Part shown: positions 1 through 8,430 of the stretch, one piece after another
Layout: each line of letters starts with the position of its first letter
Numbering within the stretch: the stretch's first letter is position 1
NCBI GenBank assembly: GCA_035389185.1
Contig: DAOORK010000001.1
Location: 129,006 to 193,005, forward strand
Direction of reading: 5' to 3'
DNA: 64,000 bases
From: Candidatus Woesebacteria bacterium
Lineage (GTDB): Bacteria; Patescibacteriota; Microgenomatia; UBA1400; MFAQ01
Notes under the pieces: model-generated
Told to the model about the DNA's origin: nothing
The model's input: the letters and a program-made list of their open reading frames with translations, nothing else
Database searches by the model: none
Made by a program: the position numbers and the translations under genes

Positions 1-239
1 CGTATAAAACAAAACACTTGAACCACTGTTATTTGTTTATGACTGATGGAGAAAAGATGCTGAAAGACGTTTTATTTTCTCAGCCATATTCTTTAGTTTT
101 TGGAGGCGAAAGCTCGGGACTTTCGAAGGAGTATAGAAAATACGGGGAAACAGTAACGATTCCCCAGTCGAAATCTGTTGACTCATTGAACCTATCCATT
201 GCTGCAGGAATTGCGATGTACTCAGCCTCAGTTAGATAG
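1..239 (+). CDS. TrmH/SpoU-family RNA 2'-O-methyltransferase, C-terminal fragment (5' end outside window)
   Basis: ORF running in from window edge; C-terminal motifs VFGGESSGLS ... IPQ ... SLNLSIAAGIAMY match SpoU/TrmH motif 2-3 region. Confidence 0.5.
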   Translation, partial: YKTKHLNHCYLFMTDGEKMLKDVLFSQPYSLVFGGESSGLSKEYRKYGETVTIPQSKSVDSLNLSIAAGIAMYSASVR

Positions 240-264
240 GATTGTGCTAAAATATCTCCTATAC

Positions 265-338
265 GCGGGTGTCGTATACCGGTATTACCTCAGCTTTCCA
301 AGCTGATGAAAGGGGTCCGACTCCCCTCACCCGCTCCA
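265..338 (+). tRNA. tRNA-Gly (anticodon TCC), CCA encoded
   Basis: Hand fold: acceptor GCGGGTG/CACCCGC perfect 7 bp, anticodon stem TCAGC/GCTGA, loop TTTCCAA, T-arm AGGGG-TCCGACT-CCCCT, discriminator T then CCA. Confidence 0.7.
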
Positions 339-484
339 AGAAAAATCTCTCCCTTGTGGGGAGATTTTTTTGGACTGAAATAGGGATGTCGGACAAGCGG
401 AGCCAAGCTCGTGACGATCTTGGCGAGCCCGACTGAGAATTCATCAGCAGATGAATATCGAAGGACGACTCCCCTCACCCGCTC
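339..484 (+). repeat. tRNA-linked structured element (copy at tRNA-Gly) ending in a 19-nt duplicate of the tRNA-Gly 3' end
   Basis: 466-484 cgactcccctcacccgctc is identical to 318-336 of the tRNA; internal hairpins gccaag...cttggc and ttcatc-agca-gatgaa; homologous to the elements at 11134-11281 and 13710-13860. Confidence 0.6.
341..372 (+). terminator. rho-independent terminator-like hairpin downstream of tRNA-Gly
   Basis: A-run, stem atctctccc/ggggagat with loop ttgt, then T7 run. Confidence 0.55.
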
Positions 485-487
485 ACT

Positions 488-1558
488 TTAATACTCCTGT
501 TGTTTAAGTTGGTCTTTTGCTTTTTTGATGAATTTACCAAACTTTCTATCTTTTTCTCTTCTTTCTTGTTCGGTCATTTCATAAAATTCAGACTCCTTCT
601 TTAATTTCAGGAAATTTTTGTATTTATCTTTATCAATTACTCCTTCTTTTAGTGCTCCTAAAACTGCACAATTAGGTTCTTGTGTGTGAGAACAGTCTGA
701 ATATCTGCAACTATTTGCAAGAATGCTGATATCATCAAACACCTCTTTTAGGCCGATACTGGAATTGGAAATACCTACTTCTCTAGTGCCAGGGTTGTCG
801 ATTATGATTCCTCCATTTTTCATAAAGTACATTTCTCTTCCGGTAGTAGTGTGTTTGCCTTTATTTGTAATGCTAATGATTTCTCCAGTTTTAATAATGT
901 CTTTTCCCAACAGCCTATTTATTAACGATGATTTTCCAACACCAGATGAACCCAAGAAACAATATGTTTCGTTTTTCTTAATATATTCTTTCAGTTTGTC
1001 TAGACCATGATTTGTAATAACACTTGTGGTGATGACATCGGCGATTTTAAATCTTTTTTGAATATCGGAGATTATGGTTTTTAATTCTGCTTCCGATATT
1101 AAATCGGCTTTGTTTAAAACAATTACCGGGGTGATATTTCCTTCTCTTGCAAGAACAATAAATCTTTCAATCCTGTTAAGGTTGTAGTTCTTGCCCACGG
1201 CTTCAACGATAAAAGCAGTATCTATATTGGATGCAATTATTTGGATATCTTGTTTATTGCTATATTTCTTTTTAAGTACAGTTTTTCTGGGGAGGATTCC
1301 GCGAATAACAGCATTGCCGTTTTGAAGTTCTTCGATACTGACCCAGTCTCCTACTGCAGGAAAATCTTCTCTTTTTGTGGCTTCGAATATTTGCTTTCCT
1401 GTTATTCTTCCTAAATATTCTCCAGATTCATTTTTTACTTTATATGCTTCTTTATATTCTGCTATCACTCTAGCGACAGGAGTATCGGGAAACTTGGAGT
1501 TCATTCTCCCCAATTCAAAAAAATCAGTGTAGCCTAGTTCAATTAATTTATCGTTCAT
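488..1558 (-). CDS. rsgA: ribosome small subunit-dependent GTPase A (circularly permuted GTPase)
   Basis: Permuted G-motif order VLNKADL (G4) before GSSGVGKSSLIN (G1) and DNPG (G3); C-terminal Cys/His zinc cluster CRYSDCSHTQEPNC. Confidence 0.85.
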   Translation of the reverse strand: MNDKLIELGYTDFFELGRMNSKFPDTPVARVIAEYKEAYKVKNESGEYLGRITGKQIFEATKREDFPAVGDWVSIEELQNGNAVIRGILPRKTVLKKKYSNKQDIQIIASNIDTAFIVEAVGKNYNLNRIERFIVLAREGNITPVIVLNKADLISEAELKTIISDIQKRFKIADVITTSVITNHGLDKLKEYIKKNETYCFLGSSGVGKSSLINRLLGKDIIKTGEIISITNKGKHTTTGREMYFMKNGGIIIDNPGTREVGISNSSIGLKEVFDDISILANSCRYSDCSHTQEPNCAVLGALKEGVIDKDKYKNFLKLKKESEFYEMTEQERREKDRKFGKFIKKAKDQLKQQEY

Positions 1559-1675
1559 TAATCAAATTATGTCACACATAGAAATTACTAAGTCCAACCA
1601 AAAGACAGTTACTAGCTCCGATGATTTGATGTGGTATACTATGAGCCATCGTAACTTAACATTTAAGGAGGATCG

Positions 1676-2281
1676 ATGTCATATAAAAGTCCTGCTCCTA
1701 GGAGCAAAGCTGTTGCTGTTCGAACGGCCAGTATTGATAGATTCACAAAATATTTTTGTGAAGATCTTAACAAACTGATAAAGGCAAGGAGAATACGAGG
1801 CAAGTTTATCCCTGTACCGATAAACTATGGCTATGACTATTCCTTGATTTGGAATGATTACTTTTTTTGCAAACTTCATGGTATTTATGATGAAACGAAG
1901 ACGAGTTTGCATTTGACTCGTTTCCCTTATTCAAGATTGTTGAGTAAAGAAATAGTCATTGAAACGTTTAAGAACGTTAGCGATCGAAATGTAACTCTTC
2001 CCAAGGGATTGGTACTGCCAAAAATAGAGAAGATTAGTATCAAACCGGATAACAGTCCTGTTTATGGCGAAGGTTTTGAGTTGGTTGTATTGTTTGACGA
2101 TCTACATGTTCCTTCGTATGAAGTTAGTACAAACTACATTGCTATGGCCTTGAGCAGTATCGAAACGCGTGCTTGCTGTCATTTTTCTAATGGATCATTT
2201 GATGAAGTGTTCATCTTCTATCCTTTGGAAAGTTCCGCAATAAAGGCTGTTGAGCGCCTCAAGAAAATTTGTTTAAGTTGA
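1676..2281 (+). CDS. hypothetical protein
   Basis: 201-aa ORF with AAGGAGG Shine-Dalgarno 6 nt upstream of ATG and a terminator just downstream; no recognisable motifs. Confidence 0.5.
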   Translation: MSYKSPAPRSKAVAVRTASIDRFTKYFCEDLNKLIKARRIRGKFIPVPINYGYDYSLIWNDYFFCKLHGIYDETKTSLHLTRFPYSRLLSKEIVIETFKNVSDRNVTLPKGLVLPKIEKISIKPDNSPVYGEGFELVVLFDDLHVPSYEVSTNYIAMALSSIETRACCHFSNGSFDEVFIFYPLESSAIKAVERLKKICLS

Positions 2282-2288
2282 TCTATTG

Positions 2289-2310
2289 CCCGGCGAAAGC
2301 CGGGTTTTTT
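2289..2310 (+). terminator. rho-independent terminator
   Basis: cccggc-gaaa-gccggg hairpin followed by T6. Confidence 0.6.
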
Positions 2311-2418
2311 GTGATTTCGTAGTTGATATGATCGTCCGCTATTTTCCTATAATTATGATTTTTAGGTTATTTCTGATAAAATACGCACATCTGTACTTTG
2401 AAGTTCTGGAGGTTTTAA

Positions 2419-2907
2419 ATGCATACCAAGGCAATATATGTCCTGAAAAATGTAACGTTTATCTTTTTTGTATTATTTTGGTTAGTTGTTAGCCAGCAGT
2501 ATCTTGGTGAGTTGGTTGACGAGTACAACATTCCGGCTGGTCACTATCTGGCTGAGTCCGGTAATGATTATTACGTGTTTATTCAAGAATCACCAAAGAT
2601 CGTTAGCTTTGCTTCGTTAACGTATAGAGCCTTTATTGAAGAAATTATGTTTAGAGGCTTGCCTCTATTCCTGGTTTTACTTTTTGATAAGTCTAGGAAG
2701 TATTGGCCAATTGTAGCAGTCATATCCTCGATACTGTTTGGCCTTACCCATGGACAGATCGGAAACGTATTTATTCAGGGTGTAGGCGGTATGACTTTCT
2801 GTATTTTCTTTGTGGCCATGTGGAAAGTTAAGAAAAATAGTCTTTGGGCTCTGGTGGCTACCACCTTCACCCATGCGTGGTACAACGCCTTTTTGCTATT
2901 TACATAA
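2419..2907 (+). CDS. CPBP-family intramembrane metalloprotease (CAAX protease/Abi family)
   Basis: Hydrophobic multi-TM protein with the three CPBP motifs: EEIMFRG (motif 1, EExxxR), FGLTHG (motif 2, FxxxH), HAWYN (motif 3, HxxxN/D). Confidence 0.7.
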   Translation: MHTKAIYVLKNVTFIFFVLFWLVVSQQYLGELVDEYNIPAGHYLAESGNDYYVFIQESPKIVSFASLTYRAFIEEIMFRGLPLFLVLLFDKSRKYWPIVAVISSILFGLTHGQIGNVFIQGVGGMTFCIFFVAMWKVKKNSLWALVATTFTHAWYNAFLLFT

Positions 2908-2923
2908 TCTATTTCTTTTTAAA

Positions 2924-2946
2924 CCCGGTAATACCCGGGTTTTTTG
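2924..2946 (+). terminator. rho-independent terminator
   Basis: cccgg-taata-cccggg hairpin followed by T-run. Confidence 0.55.
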
Positions 2947-2983
2947 TGGCGCTAGGATCTTAAATATTGAGGTATATTAAGGA

Positions 2984-3952
2984 ATGACTGAACGTGGCGA
3001 AAAAGACGAAGTTAGATTGGACATTCGTGAAATGTCGGAGGAAATTCTTTCGAAAAGCCAGGATATTTTAAGCATCGAAAAGGATGATATCTCGACAGTA
3101 TTACTGCCCAAAATTGAGACATATTTATCCGAAAAAAAAGCCTCTAAATGGCTTCCCGAAGGAAACTTGCTTACTCTTGAACAGGAGTGTGGCATGAACT
3201 TGTTTTTGAACGTAATTAATTTTTGCTACAAAGATCCATCTTCCGGTCACGAATACGTTTATGTAACAGATGATGGAAAACTGATTAAAAGAGCAACTGG
3301 ATTGATCACAGCTTTATCTAGAAGCGGCATTGATTGGGATAATTTTGCGGAGGTTCAAAATCTGTCGCCTGAAAGATGGGAAGGTGTGACTCAGATATCT
3401 AGAGAGAACCCTATGTATCTTGGGGATGAGCGTTTGAAAAGGATTACTGAGTTCGCCAGCTACTTAGCTTCTTTGGGTTATGTCAATATGGATGACTTTT
3501 TGGGTGGTTGTGATTTTGATACGAAAAAAATGGTGAATATATTCGTCAACAGCCGTTATTTTAAGGATGATTTTCTTAAAAGAGCTCAGCTTGCTTGTAG
3601 AATGATAAACGATGTTTGGACGCGTCGGGGAGGGTTCCCTCTCAAAGATATTGAGACATTAACAGTGATGGCGGATTACCGCATTCCTCAAGTTTTTTAC
3701 AATCTAGGAGTGGTGACGATCAATGATTTTGAGTTGATGGATAAATTGATGACGGGGTCTCCTATCGACCCCAATAGCCGTGAAGAAAGAGCTTTACGGG
3801 CAACGGCGGTTGTTATTGGGAAGGAGGTGGCTGAGAAATTAGGAATAACTGAAGCTGATGTTGATGGTATTCTTTGGGGTCTATCTCAGGATATGGTGAG
3901 AAAGGGAGAAATGGAAATTCCACACATGATTGTGGCAACTGACGCATATTGA
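2984..3952 (+). CDS. queuosine salvage protein, QNG1/DUF2419 family (queuosine 5'-phosphate N-glycosylase/hydrolase-like)
   Basis: Recalled family blocks align: YVYVTDDGKLIKRATGLITAL, FLKRAQLACRMINDVW and especially LTVMADYRIPQVFYNLGVV (compare ITMFADYRLPQVLAHLGAL in human QNG1); length of about 320 aa fits. Confidence 0.65.
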   Translation: MTERGEKDEVRLDIREMSEEILSKSQDILSIEKDDISTVLLPKIETYLSEKKASKWLPEGNLLTLEQECGMNLFLNVINFCYKDPSSGHEYVYVTDDGKLIKRATGLITALSRSGIDWDNFAEVQNLSPERWEGVTQISRENPMYLGDERLKRITEFASYLASLGYVNMDDFLGGCDFDTKKMVNIFVNSRYFKDDFLKRAQLACRMINDVWTRRGGFPLKDIETLTVMADYRIPQVFYNLGVVTINDFELMDKLMTGSPIDPNSREERALRATAVVIGKEVAEKLGITEADVDGILWGLSQDMVRKGEMEIPHMIVATDAY

Positions 3953-3991
3953 TGGATGAACTGAGGTTTTTGAGATAAAATACGTAAGTAC

Positions 3992-4075
3992 GCCGGGGTG
4001 GTGAAATGGTAGCCACGCGGGACTTAAAATCCCGTTCCCTTTAAAGGAGTGCGGGTCCGATTCCCGCCCCCGGCA
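3992..4075 (+). tRNA. tRNA-Leu (anticodon TAA), class II with long variable arm
   Basis: Acceptor GCCGGGG/CCCCGGC, D-loop AAATGGTAG, anticodon stem CGGGA/TCCCG loop CTTAAAA, long variable arm, T-arm GCGGG-TCCGATT-CCCGC, discriminator A. Confidence 0.8.
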
Positions 4076-4080
4076 CTTTT

Positions 4081-4269
4081 GATCCGGTAGCTCAGCTGGA
4101 TAACAGCTTACTCGTTCTCCTATCAATAATAACTATTATTGATATGTCGGCCTGCGTTTCCTGTTATATCTGGCGCCGATAATTACTCTGTCATTATCGT
4201 CTGGATATAGCGCTCGCTCTATCTGTCTACCTGCTAAATGGTTAGTACTTAGGTTAAAATATAGATGTT
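4081..4269 (+). repeat. pseudo-tRNA-Arg unit 1: exact 22-nt copy of the tRNA-Arg 5' end, then an insert of about 105 nt and a non-tRNA tail
   Basis: 4081-4102 gatccggtagctcagctggata is identical to 4270-4291; the insert carries hairpins tcaataata-ac-tattattga and gataat-N9-attatc and is homologous to the inserts in units 2 and 3. Confidence 0.6.
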
Positions 4270-4343
4270 GATCCGGTAGCTCAGCTGGATAGAGCGACTG
4301 CCTTCTAAGCAGTAGGTCGACGGTCCGAGTCCGTCCCGGGTCA
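4270..4343 (+). tRNA. tRNA-Arg (anticodon TCT)
   Basis: Acceptor GATCCGG/CCGGGTC (one G-T pair), D-arm GCTC-AGCTGGATA-GAGC, anticodon stem ACTGC/GCAGT loop CTTCTAA, T-arm GACGG-TCCGAGT-CCGTC, discriminator A. Confidence 0.8.
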
Positions 4344-4532
4344 CAATAGTAATTGTTCTGCTTTGCAGAATCAGCTGGATAACAGCTTGCTCCCCTTCTC
4401 TTCAATAATATTATTATTGAAGTATCCAGGCTCCGCTTCCTGTTATTTCCGCTCATAACTTCGTTATGATGCTTGGAAATAGCGCGACTGCCTTCTAAGC
4501 AGTAGGTCGACTACGAGCCCTCCCGGGTCACA
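4344..4532 (+). repeat. pseudo-tRNA-Arg unit 2: degenerate 5' half, about 95-nt insert at the D-loop, then an intact anticodon arm, a degenerate T-arm and the acceptor 3' end
   Basis: 4481-4532 agcgcgactgccttctaagcagtaggtcgactacgagccctcccgggtcaca matches the tRNA-Arg 3' portion except in the T-arm; the insert starts ACAGCTTGCTCC and has hairpins ttcaataatattattattgaa and cataac-ttcg-ttatga. Confidence 0.6.
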
Positions 4533-4719
4533 AAACCAGAGATAATAAATATTTACATAATTGTCTTGCAGTAAGAGCTTGCTCCCTACGACGCACATAA
4601 CATGCGTTATGTTGCTGTCTTCAGTCCGCTTCCTCTTATATTCGCTCGTAGTTCACTCTCTTAGTTCGTTTAACTACGATGCTTGAATATAGGTCGACTA
4701 CGAGCCCTCCCGGGTCACA
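4533..4719 (+). repeat. pseudo-tRNA-Arg unit 3: related insert followed by the T-arm/acceptor 3' fragment only
   Basis: 4691-4719 aggtcgactacgagccctcccgggtcaca is identical to the end of unit 2; the insert shares AGCTTGCTCC, CGCTTCCT, GATGCTTGAATAT blocks and a cataac-atgc-gttatg hairpin (covaries with unit 2). Confidence 0.55.
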
Positions 4720-4720
4720 A

Positions 4721-4746
4721 AGAAAAACCCTCCTTGCGGAGGGTTT
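4721..4746. terminator. bidirectional terminator (A-run, ccctcc-ttgc-ggaggg, T-run)
   Basis: Hairpin flanked by A-run and T-run, between the tRNA array and the convergent nadE 3' end. Confidence 0.55.
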
Positions 4747-4750
4747 GTAT

Positions 4751-5704
4751 TTATTTAGGAAGTTTTTTGATGGCTTCCAGATATAGTTTGCCAAATTCAA
4801 TGGTGTCGATTTCCGGAAGTCCGAGACGTCTACGGCTATTCAAGACACTACAGACATTGTCACCGTAGCGCCTTTTGAAAGCAGTTTTGAGTGCCTGACG
4901 GAGAATTTTTTCAACTTTCTCTTCGGTCTCCCCGATTTCAGAGGCTACTATCTTGATTTGATATCGGTAAAGCTTGTTTTCCAGTTGGTTGAAGCCACCT
5001 TCGGTTTTGAATCCAAGTTGTTTAAGACGGCAAATAATGTAGTCACCCTTTAAGTACGGAAGACCGAGTTGGTCACTGGCTTTATTTGAGTCAGTAACTT
5101 TGAGACCGTCTCCAGGTATTGCATCAAGATTGATCTGGGGAAGTTTGTAAAACTCGCCCATGTCGTAAACCTCGTTTTTGGTAAATATCTGGATAATTTT
5201 GACATCACCTTCATCGCCATGTTTGGTGAAAAAACCCATGTATTTTTCGCTTAGGTCATCGGTGTCCAGATAAATACCACTTTCAAGTTGGGCATAATGC
5301 ATAAGACCCACCATGCGCAGGCGGCATTTGATATTGCCTTTGGCTACCCTTGCCCGCGGATGACCCTCTGGAATAGTCTCAAGAAGCGGACATGATTGGT
5401 ACCACGCAGTAAAGTCATGGTATTCCAGTTTGAGATCAAGCGCATTGCAAAGAGCTTTAGCCCTCTCGTAGTCTTCGGGGTGACTCTCGATGTCGATGAA
5501 ATAACAATGCAGATTTACAGAATATCCTTGTGAAGATAGCGTGTCTGCAGTGCGTTTGGCTATGGCGGCAACGACTGATGAGTCAATACCACCAGAAATC
5601 CCCATGACAATGTCATGGAGGCCATACAATTTTAGGTATCTTGTTAGGGCCTTTTGGGCTTTACAATCGATCTTTGTTGCTTGTTCTTGTGTGAGAATGA
5701 GCAT
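4751..5704 (-). CDS. nadE: NH3-dependent NAD+ synthetase
   Basis: PP-loop SGGIDSS near the N-terminus and the NadE-typical GNIKCRLRM motif. Confidence 0.8.
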   Translation of the reverse strand: MLILTQEQATKIDCKAQKALTRYLKLYGLHDIVMGISGGIDSSVVAAIAKRTADTLSSQGYSVNLHCYFIDIESHPEDYERAKALCNALDLKLEYHDFTAWYQSCPLLETIPEGHPRARVAKGNIKCRLRMVGLMHYAQLESGIYLDTDDLSEKYMGFFTKHGDEGDVKIIQIFTKNEVYDMGEFYKLPQINLDAIPGDGLKVTDSNKASDQLGLPYLKGDYIICRLKQLGFKTEGGFNQLENKLYRYQIKIVASEIGETEEKVEKILRQALKTAFKRRYGDNVCSVLNSRRRLGLPEIDTIEFGKLYLEAIKKLPK

Positions 5705-5824
5705 AGATATCTCCTTTTGATTTAAGGTACTGGGTATATTTTACCACTTAGGGTTGATTTTTTACAGTATATAGGGTAAAATAGCCAGTCTCAAATTACT
5801 CGTACGTTTATATAAGGAGGAACC

Positions 5825-6493
5825 GTGTCTGATATGTATGAACTGACAAAACGTGGTGTTGGAATTCGCGAGCTAGATGGTAATCCGGAAAAGGCAATTG
5901 TATATCTTGAAAGGGCCTACAAACTGTCGAGATATTCTCATGAGAGGGCTAGTATCCAGGGTGAGTTGGCTTTGTGCTATCACTTGATGGGTAACTATGC
6001 AAAAGCGGAAGATCTTTATGAAAGTGCTCTCGAAGATCTAGTGCTACACAGTGATGTCATTGGAGCGGCTCGGATTCGAAGACAGCTTTCGGCGTTAGTC
6101 CTGGAAGCCGGAGGAAGTATTGAAGATGCGCTGAGTTTGGCTTTGAGGGCTAGGAGCGCTGTTGTGAATAGCGGAATTCATTCTAACGATCTGTGTCACA
6201 TGACTCATGGTGTGATTAAAGTTTTTTTGAAAAAACGAAAGGTTGAAGGACTTCTTCATTGGTTTACCAACACAAAAACGATCCTTGAATTGACGAACAC
6301 CGAACGGAAAGAAATCAAGGAAATGGCTGAAAAAGAGAAGTCGATAAAAAAATACGTGTGGATTACGGGTTTTTGGGCCGATGTAGCTCGTGTTTTTCCC
6401 CCCTTCACCTACCCTGCGGCGCTCTTTGGGCTGTATGTGGCAAAAAGTAATGGTTTGGGAATGCGTCTTAGGCAGGCAAAATCTATCCTTTAA
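5825..6493 (+). CDS. hypothetical protein (TPR-like helical repeats)
   Basis: 222-aa ORF with GGAGG RBS; helical repeat character (AIVYLERAYKL..., YAKAEDLYESALE). Confidence 0.5.
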   Translation: MSDMYELTKRGVGIRELDGNPEKAIVYLERAYKLSRYSHERASIQGELALCYHLMGNYAKAEDLYESALEDLVLHSDVIGAARIRRQLSALVLEAGGSIEDALSLALRARSAVVNSGIHSNDLCHMTHGVIKVFLKKRKVEGLLHWFTNTKTILELTNTERKEIKEMAEKEKSIKKYVWITGFWADVARVFPPFTYPAALFGLYVAKSNGLGMRLRQAKSIL

Positions 6494-6495
6494 AC

Positions 6496-6523
6496 AAAAC
6501 CCTCTCTTTTGGAGAGGGTTTTT
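6496..6523. terminator. bidirectional terminator between convergent genes
   Basis: ccctctc-tttt-ggagaggg hairpin with flanking A and T runs. Confidence 0.55.
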
Positions 6524-6525
6524 CT

Positions 6526-8352
6526 TTAGTAGATATTTTTGAGCTCTTCGCGATGGCGACGACGTTCAATACTGGTGAGATATTTTTTTCTTAAACGTAG
6601 ACTTTTGGGAGTGATCTCCAGTAATTCATCGGATTCCAGGAAATCTAGGCATTGTTCGAGAGAATATTTGAGAGGAGGAACGAGTTGGATGACACCATCA
6701 CTAGACTGAGAACGCATGTTGGTTAGTTTCTTTCCTTTGGCCGCATTGATTTCAATATCTTCTTCTTTGGCGTTCATACCGATAATCTGACCTTCGTAGA
6801 TCATATCTCCGGCGTCGACAAAGGTAATTCCTCTCTCCTGAGCCGCCTGAAGGCCATAAGAAAGGGCTTCACCCGACTCTGAGGCAATTAGGGCGCCACG
6901 ACGCATTTTGGGGAGAGGAGAGCCGACTGGTTCAAAGTCCAAAAACTGTGAGTTGAAGATTACTGTACCCTTGGTGGCCGACATAAGGAGTGAACGAAGA
7001 CCCAAAATGGTACGGGTAGGCATTTTGTAGACAAACTCCATTTCCTGTTCATTGATAGGTTCCATATGAATTAGGTTGCCCAAGCGTTTGCCAATTTCTT
7101 GGGTAATGGTTCCGAGATAGTCTTGTGGGGCAATAATAGTTACTTCTTCGACAGGTTCGCATTTGTGTCCATCAATGGTCTTGTAAATAACCTCCGGTTT
7201 ACCGACTTCAACTTCATAACCTTCACGGCGAAGGGTTTCTAGAAGAACAGCCAAGTGAAGTTCTCCTCTACCGGAAACTTTGTATTTACCATTTTCCAGT
7301 TTTTCAAGTTTGAGAGAAAGATTGGTTTCTAGTTCACGAGCCAAACGAGCTTCGATTTGACGAGCGGTTGTGTATTCTCCTTCACGGCCACACAAAGGTG
7401 AAGTGTTCGGGCCAACAGTAACGTGAAGGGTAGGTTCGCTGATTTTGGCACTGGGTAGAGATTCTTCATCACCAAGCATGGAGATTGTTTGACCGATTTT
7501 GGCATCACTTAATCCCGTGAGAGCAACAATATCTCCGGCAAAAGCTTCGGGAACTTCAGTGCGTGTCATACCGCTGGAAATAAACACTTTTTCTATTTGT
7601 CCGGCTTTGATTGAGTCTCCCAGAAGCGTAATTTTCTGACCTGGCTTGACGGTACCACGGAAGACTTTGCCGATGATAATACGTCCAAGATGAGAGTTGT
7701 AATCCAGAGAGGATACCAACATCTTGAACTTGCCCTCTTCATCATTTTCGGGTGCTGGAATATAGGCAAGAATTTCGTCTAGCAATGGAATCACGTTTCC
7801 TGGCTGACTAAAGTCTTCGGGAGGAGAGGTAAAAACCTTGCCTGATTTTCCAACGGCATACAAGACAGGGTACTCAAGCTGATCGTCACGAGTAGCAAGT
7901 TCTAGGAATAGGTTGCCAATTTTGTGTTCGGCGGTTTGAATATTTGAGTTTTGTTTGTCGATTTTGTTAATGACGACAATGACTTTAAGATTGAGCTCAA
8001 AGGCTTTTTTGAGAACGAAACGAGTTTGGGGCATAGGACCTTCTTGAGCATCGACAATCAAGAGAGCTCCATCGGCCATACCTAAGGTACGTTCTACTTC
8101 ACCAGAGAAGTCTGCGTGGCCTGGAGTATCGATGATATTGATTTTGGTGCCTTTGTAACTAACAGAGATATTTTTAGCTAAGATAGTGATACCTCTTTCA
8201 CGTTCGAGTTCGTTGCTATCCAACAAACAGGTCTCAGACATTTCCTCTTCGTTATCACGGAAGATGTGAGACTGTTTGATAAAAGCATCAATTAGTGTTG
8301 TTTTGCCGTGGTCAACGTGCGCGATGACCGCGATATTTCTGATATTCTGCAT
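6526..8352 (-). CDS. typA: translational GTPase TypA/BipA
   Basis: N-terminus IRNIAVIAHVDHGKTTL, then DTPGHADF and NKIDK G-motifs; 608 aa with elongation-factor-like domains. Confidence 0.9.
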   Translation of the reverse strand: MQNIRNIAVIAHVDHGKTTLIDAFIKQSHIFRDNEEEMSETCLLDSNELERERGITILAKNISVSYKGTKINIIDTPGHADFSGEVERTLGMADGALLIVDAQEGPMPQTRFVLKKAFELNLKVIVVINKIDKQNSNIQTAEHKIGNLFLELATRDDQLEYPVLYAVGKSGKVFTSPPEDFSQPGNVIPLLDEILAYIPAPENDEEGKFKMLVSSLDYNSHLGRIIIGKVFRGTVKPGQKITLLGDSIKAGQIEKVFISSGMTRTEVPEAFAGDIVALTGLSDAKIGQTISMLGDEESLPSAKISEPTLHVTVGPNTSPLCGREGEYTTARQIEARLARELETNLSLKLEKLENGKYKVSGRGELHLAVLLETLRREGYEVEVGKPEVIYKTIDGHKCEPVEEVTIIAPQDYLGTITQEIGKRLGNLIHMEPINEQEMEFVYKMPTRTILGLRSLLMSATKGTVIFNSQFLDFEPVGSPLPKMRRGALIASESGEALSYGLQAAQERGITFVDAGDMIYEGQIIGMNAKEEDIEINAAKGKKLTNMRSQSSDGVIQLVPPLKYSLEQCLDFLESDELLEITPKSLRLRKKYLTSIERRRHREELKNIY

Positions 8353-8430
8353 AGTTGGATTGGGCGCCTTAGCGTCGGGCAGTTAGATAACTTGGATATT
8401 ATACACCAAATACACTATGGGGTAAAGTGT

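Noticed and set aside
420-470. Hammerhead ribozyme core (CUGAnGA ... GAAA) in the Gly-linked element around ctgagaattcatcagcagatgaatatcgaagg
   Set aside because: The sequence is CTGAGAA rather than CUGANGA. Stem and core spacing do not fit, and the Leu and Gln copies lack CUGA entirely.
259-478. Track ORFs 259..444(-) and 290..478(-)
   Set aside because: They are antisense to tRNA-Gly and its trailing element. Spurious.
259-487. Possible tmRNA (ssrA) spanning the tRNA-Gly-like 5' end to the second CCA-less 3' end copy
   Set aside because: Only about 223 nt, with no recognisable tag-peptide reading frame ending in ALAA-stop and no pseudoknot pattern. It is better explained as a complete tRNA-Gly plus a downstream element ending in a duplicate 3' end.
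723-1010. 95-aa plus-strand ORF inside rsgA
   Set aside because: It is antisense within a well-supported gene and is hydrophobic low-complexity sequence typical of antisense noise.
3881-4456. Track ORFs 3881..4126(-) and 4136..4456(-)
   Set aside because: They lie antisense across tRNA-Leu, tRNA-Arg and the pseudo-tRNA repeat units, and have no RBS. Judged spurious.
4103-4478. Group I or other self-splicing intron inside tRNA-Arg-like units
   Set aside because: The inserts are only about 95-105 nt and sit at the D-loop rather than the anticodon loop. No P/Q/R/S-like conserved cores were recognised.
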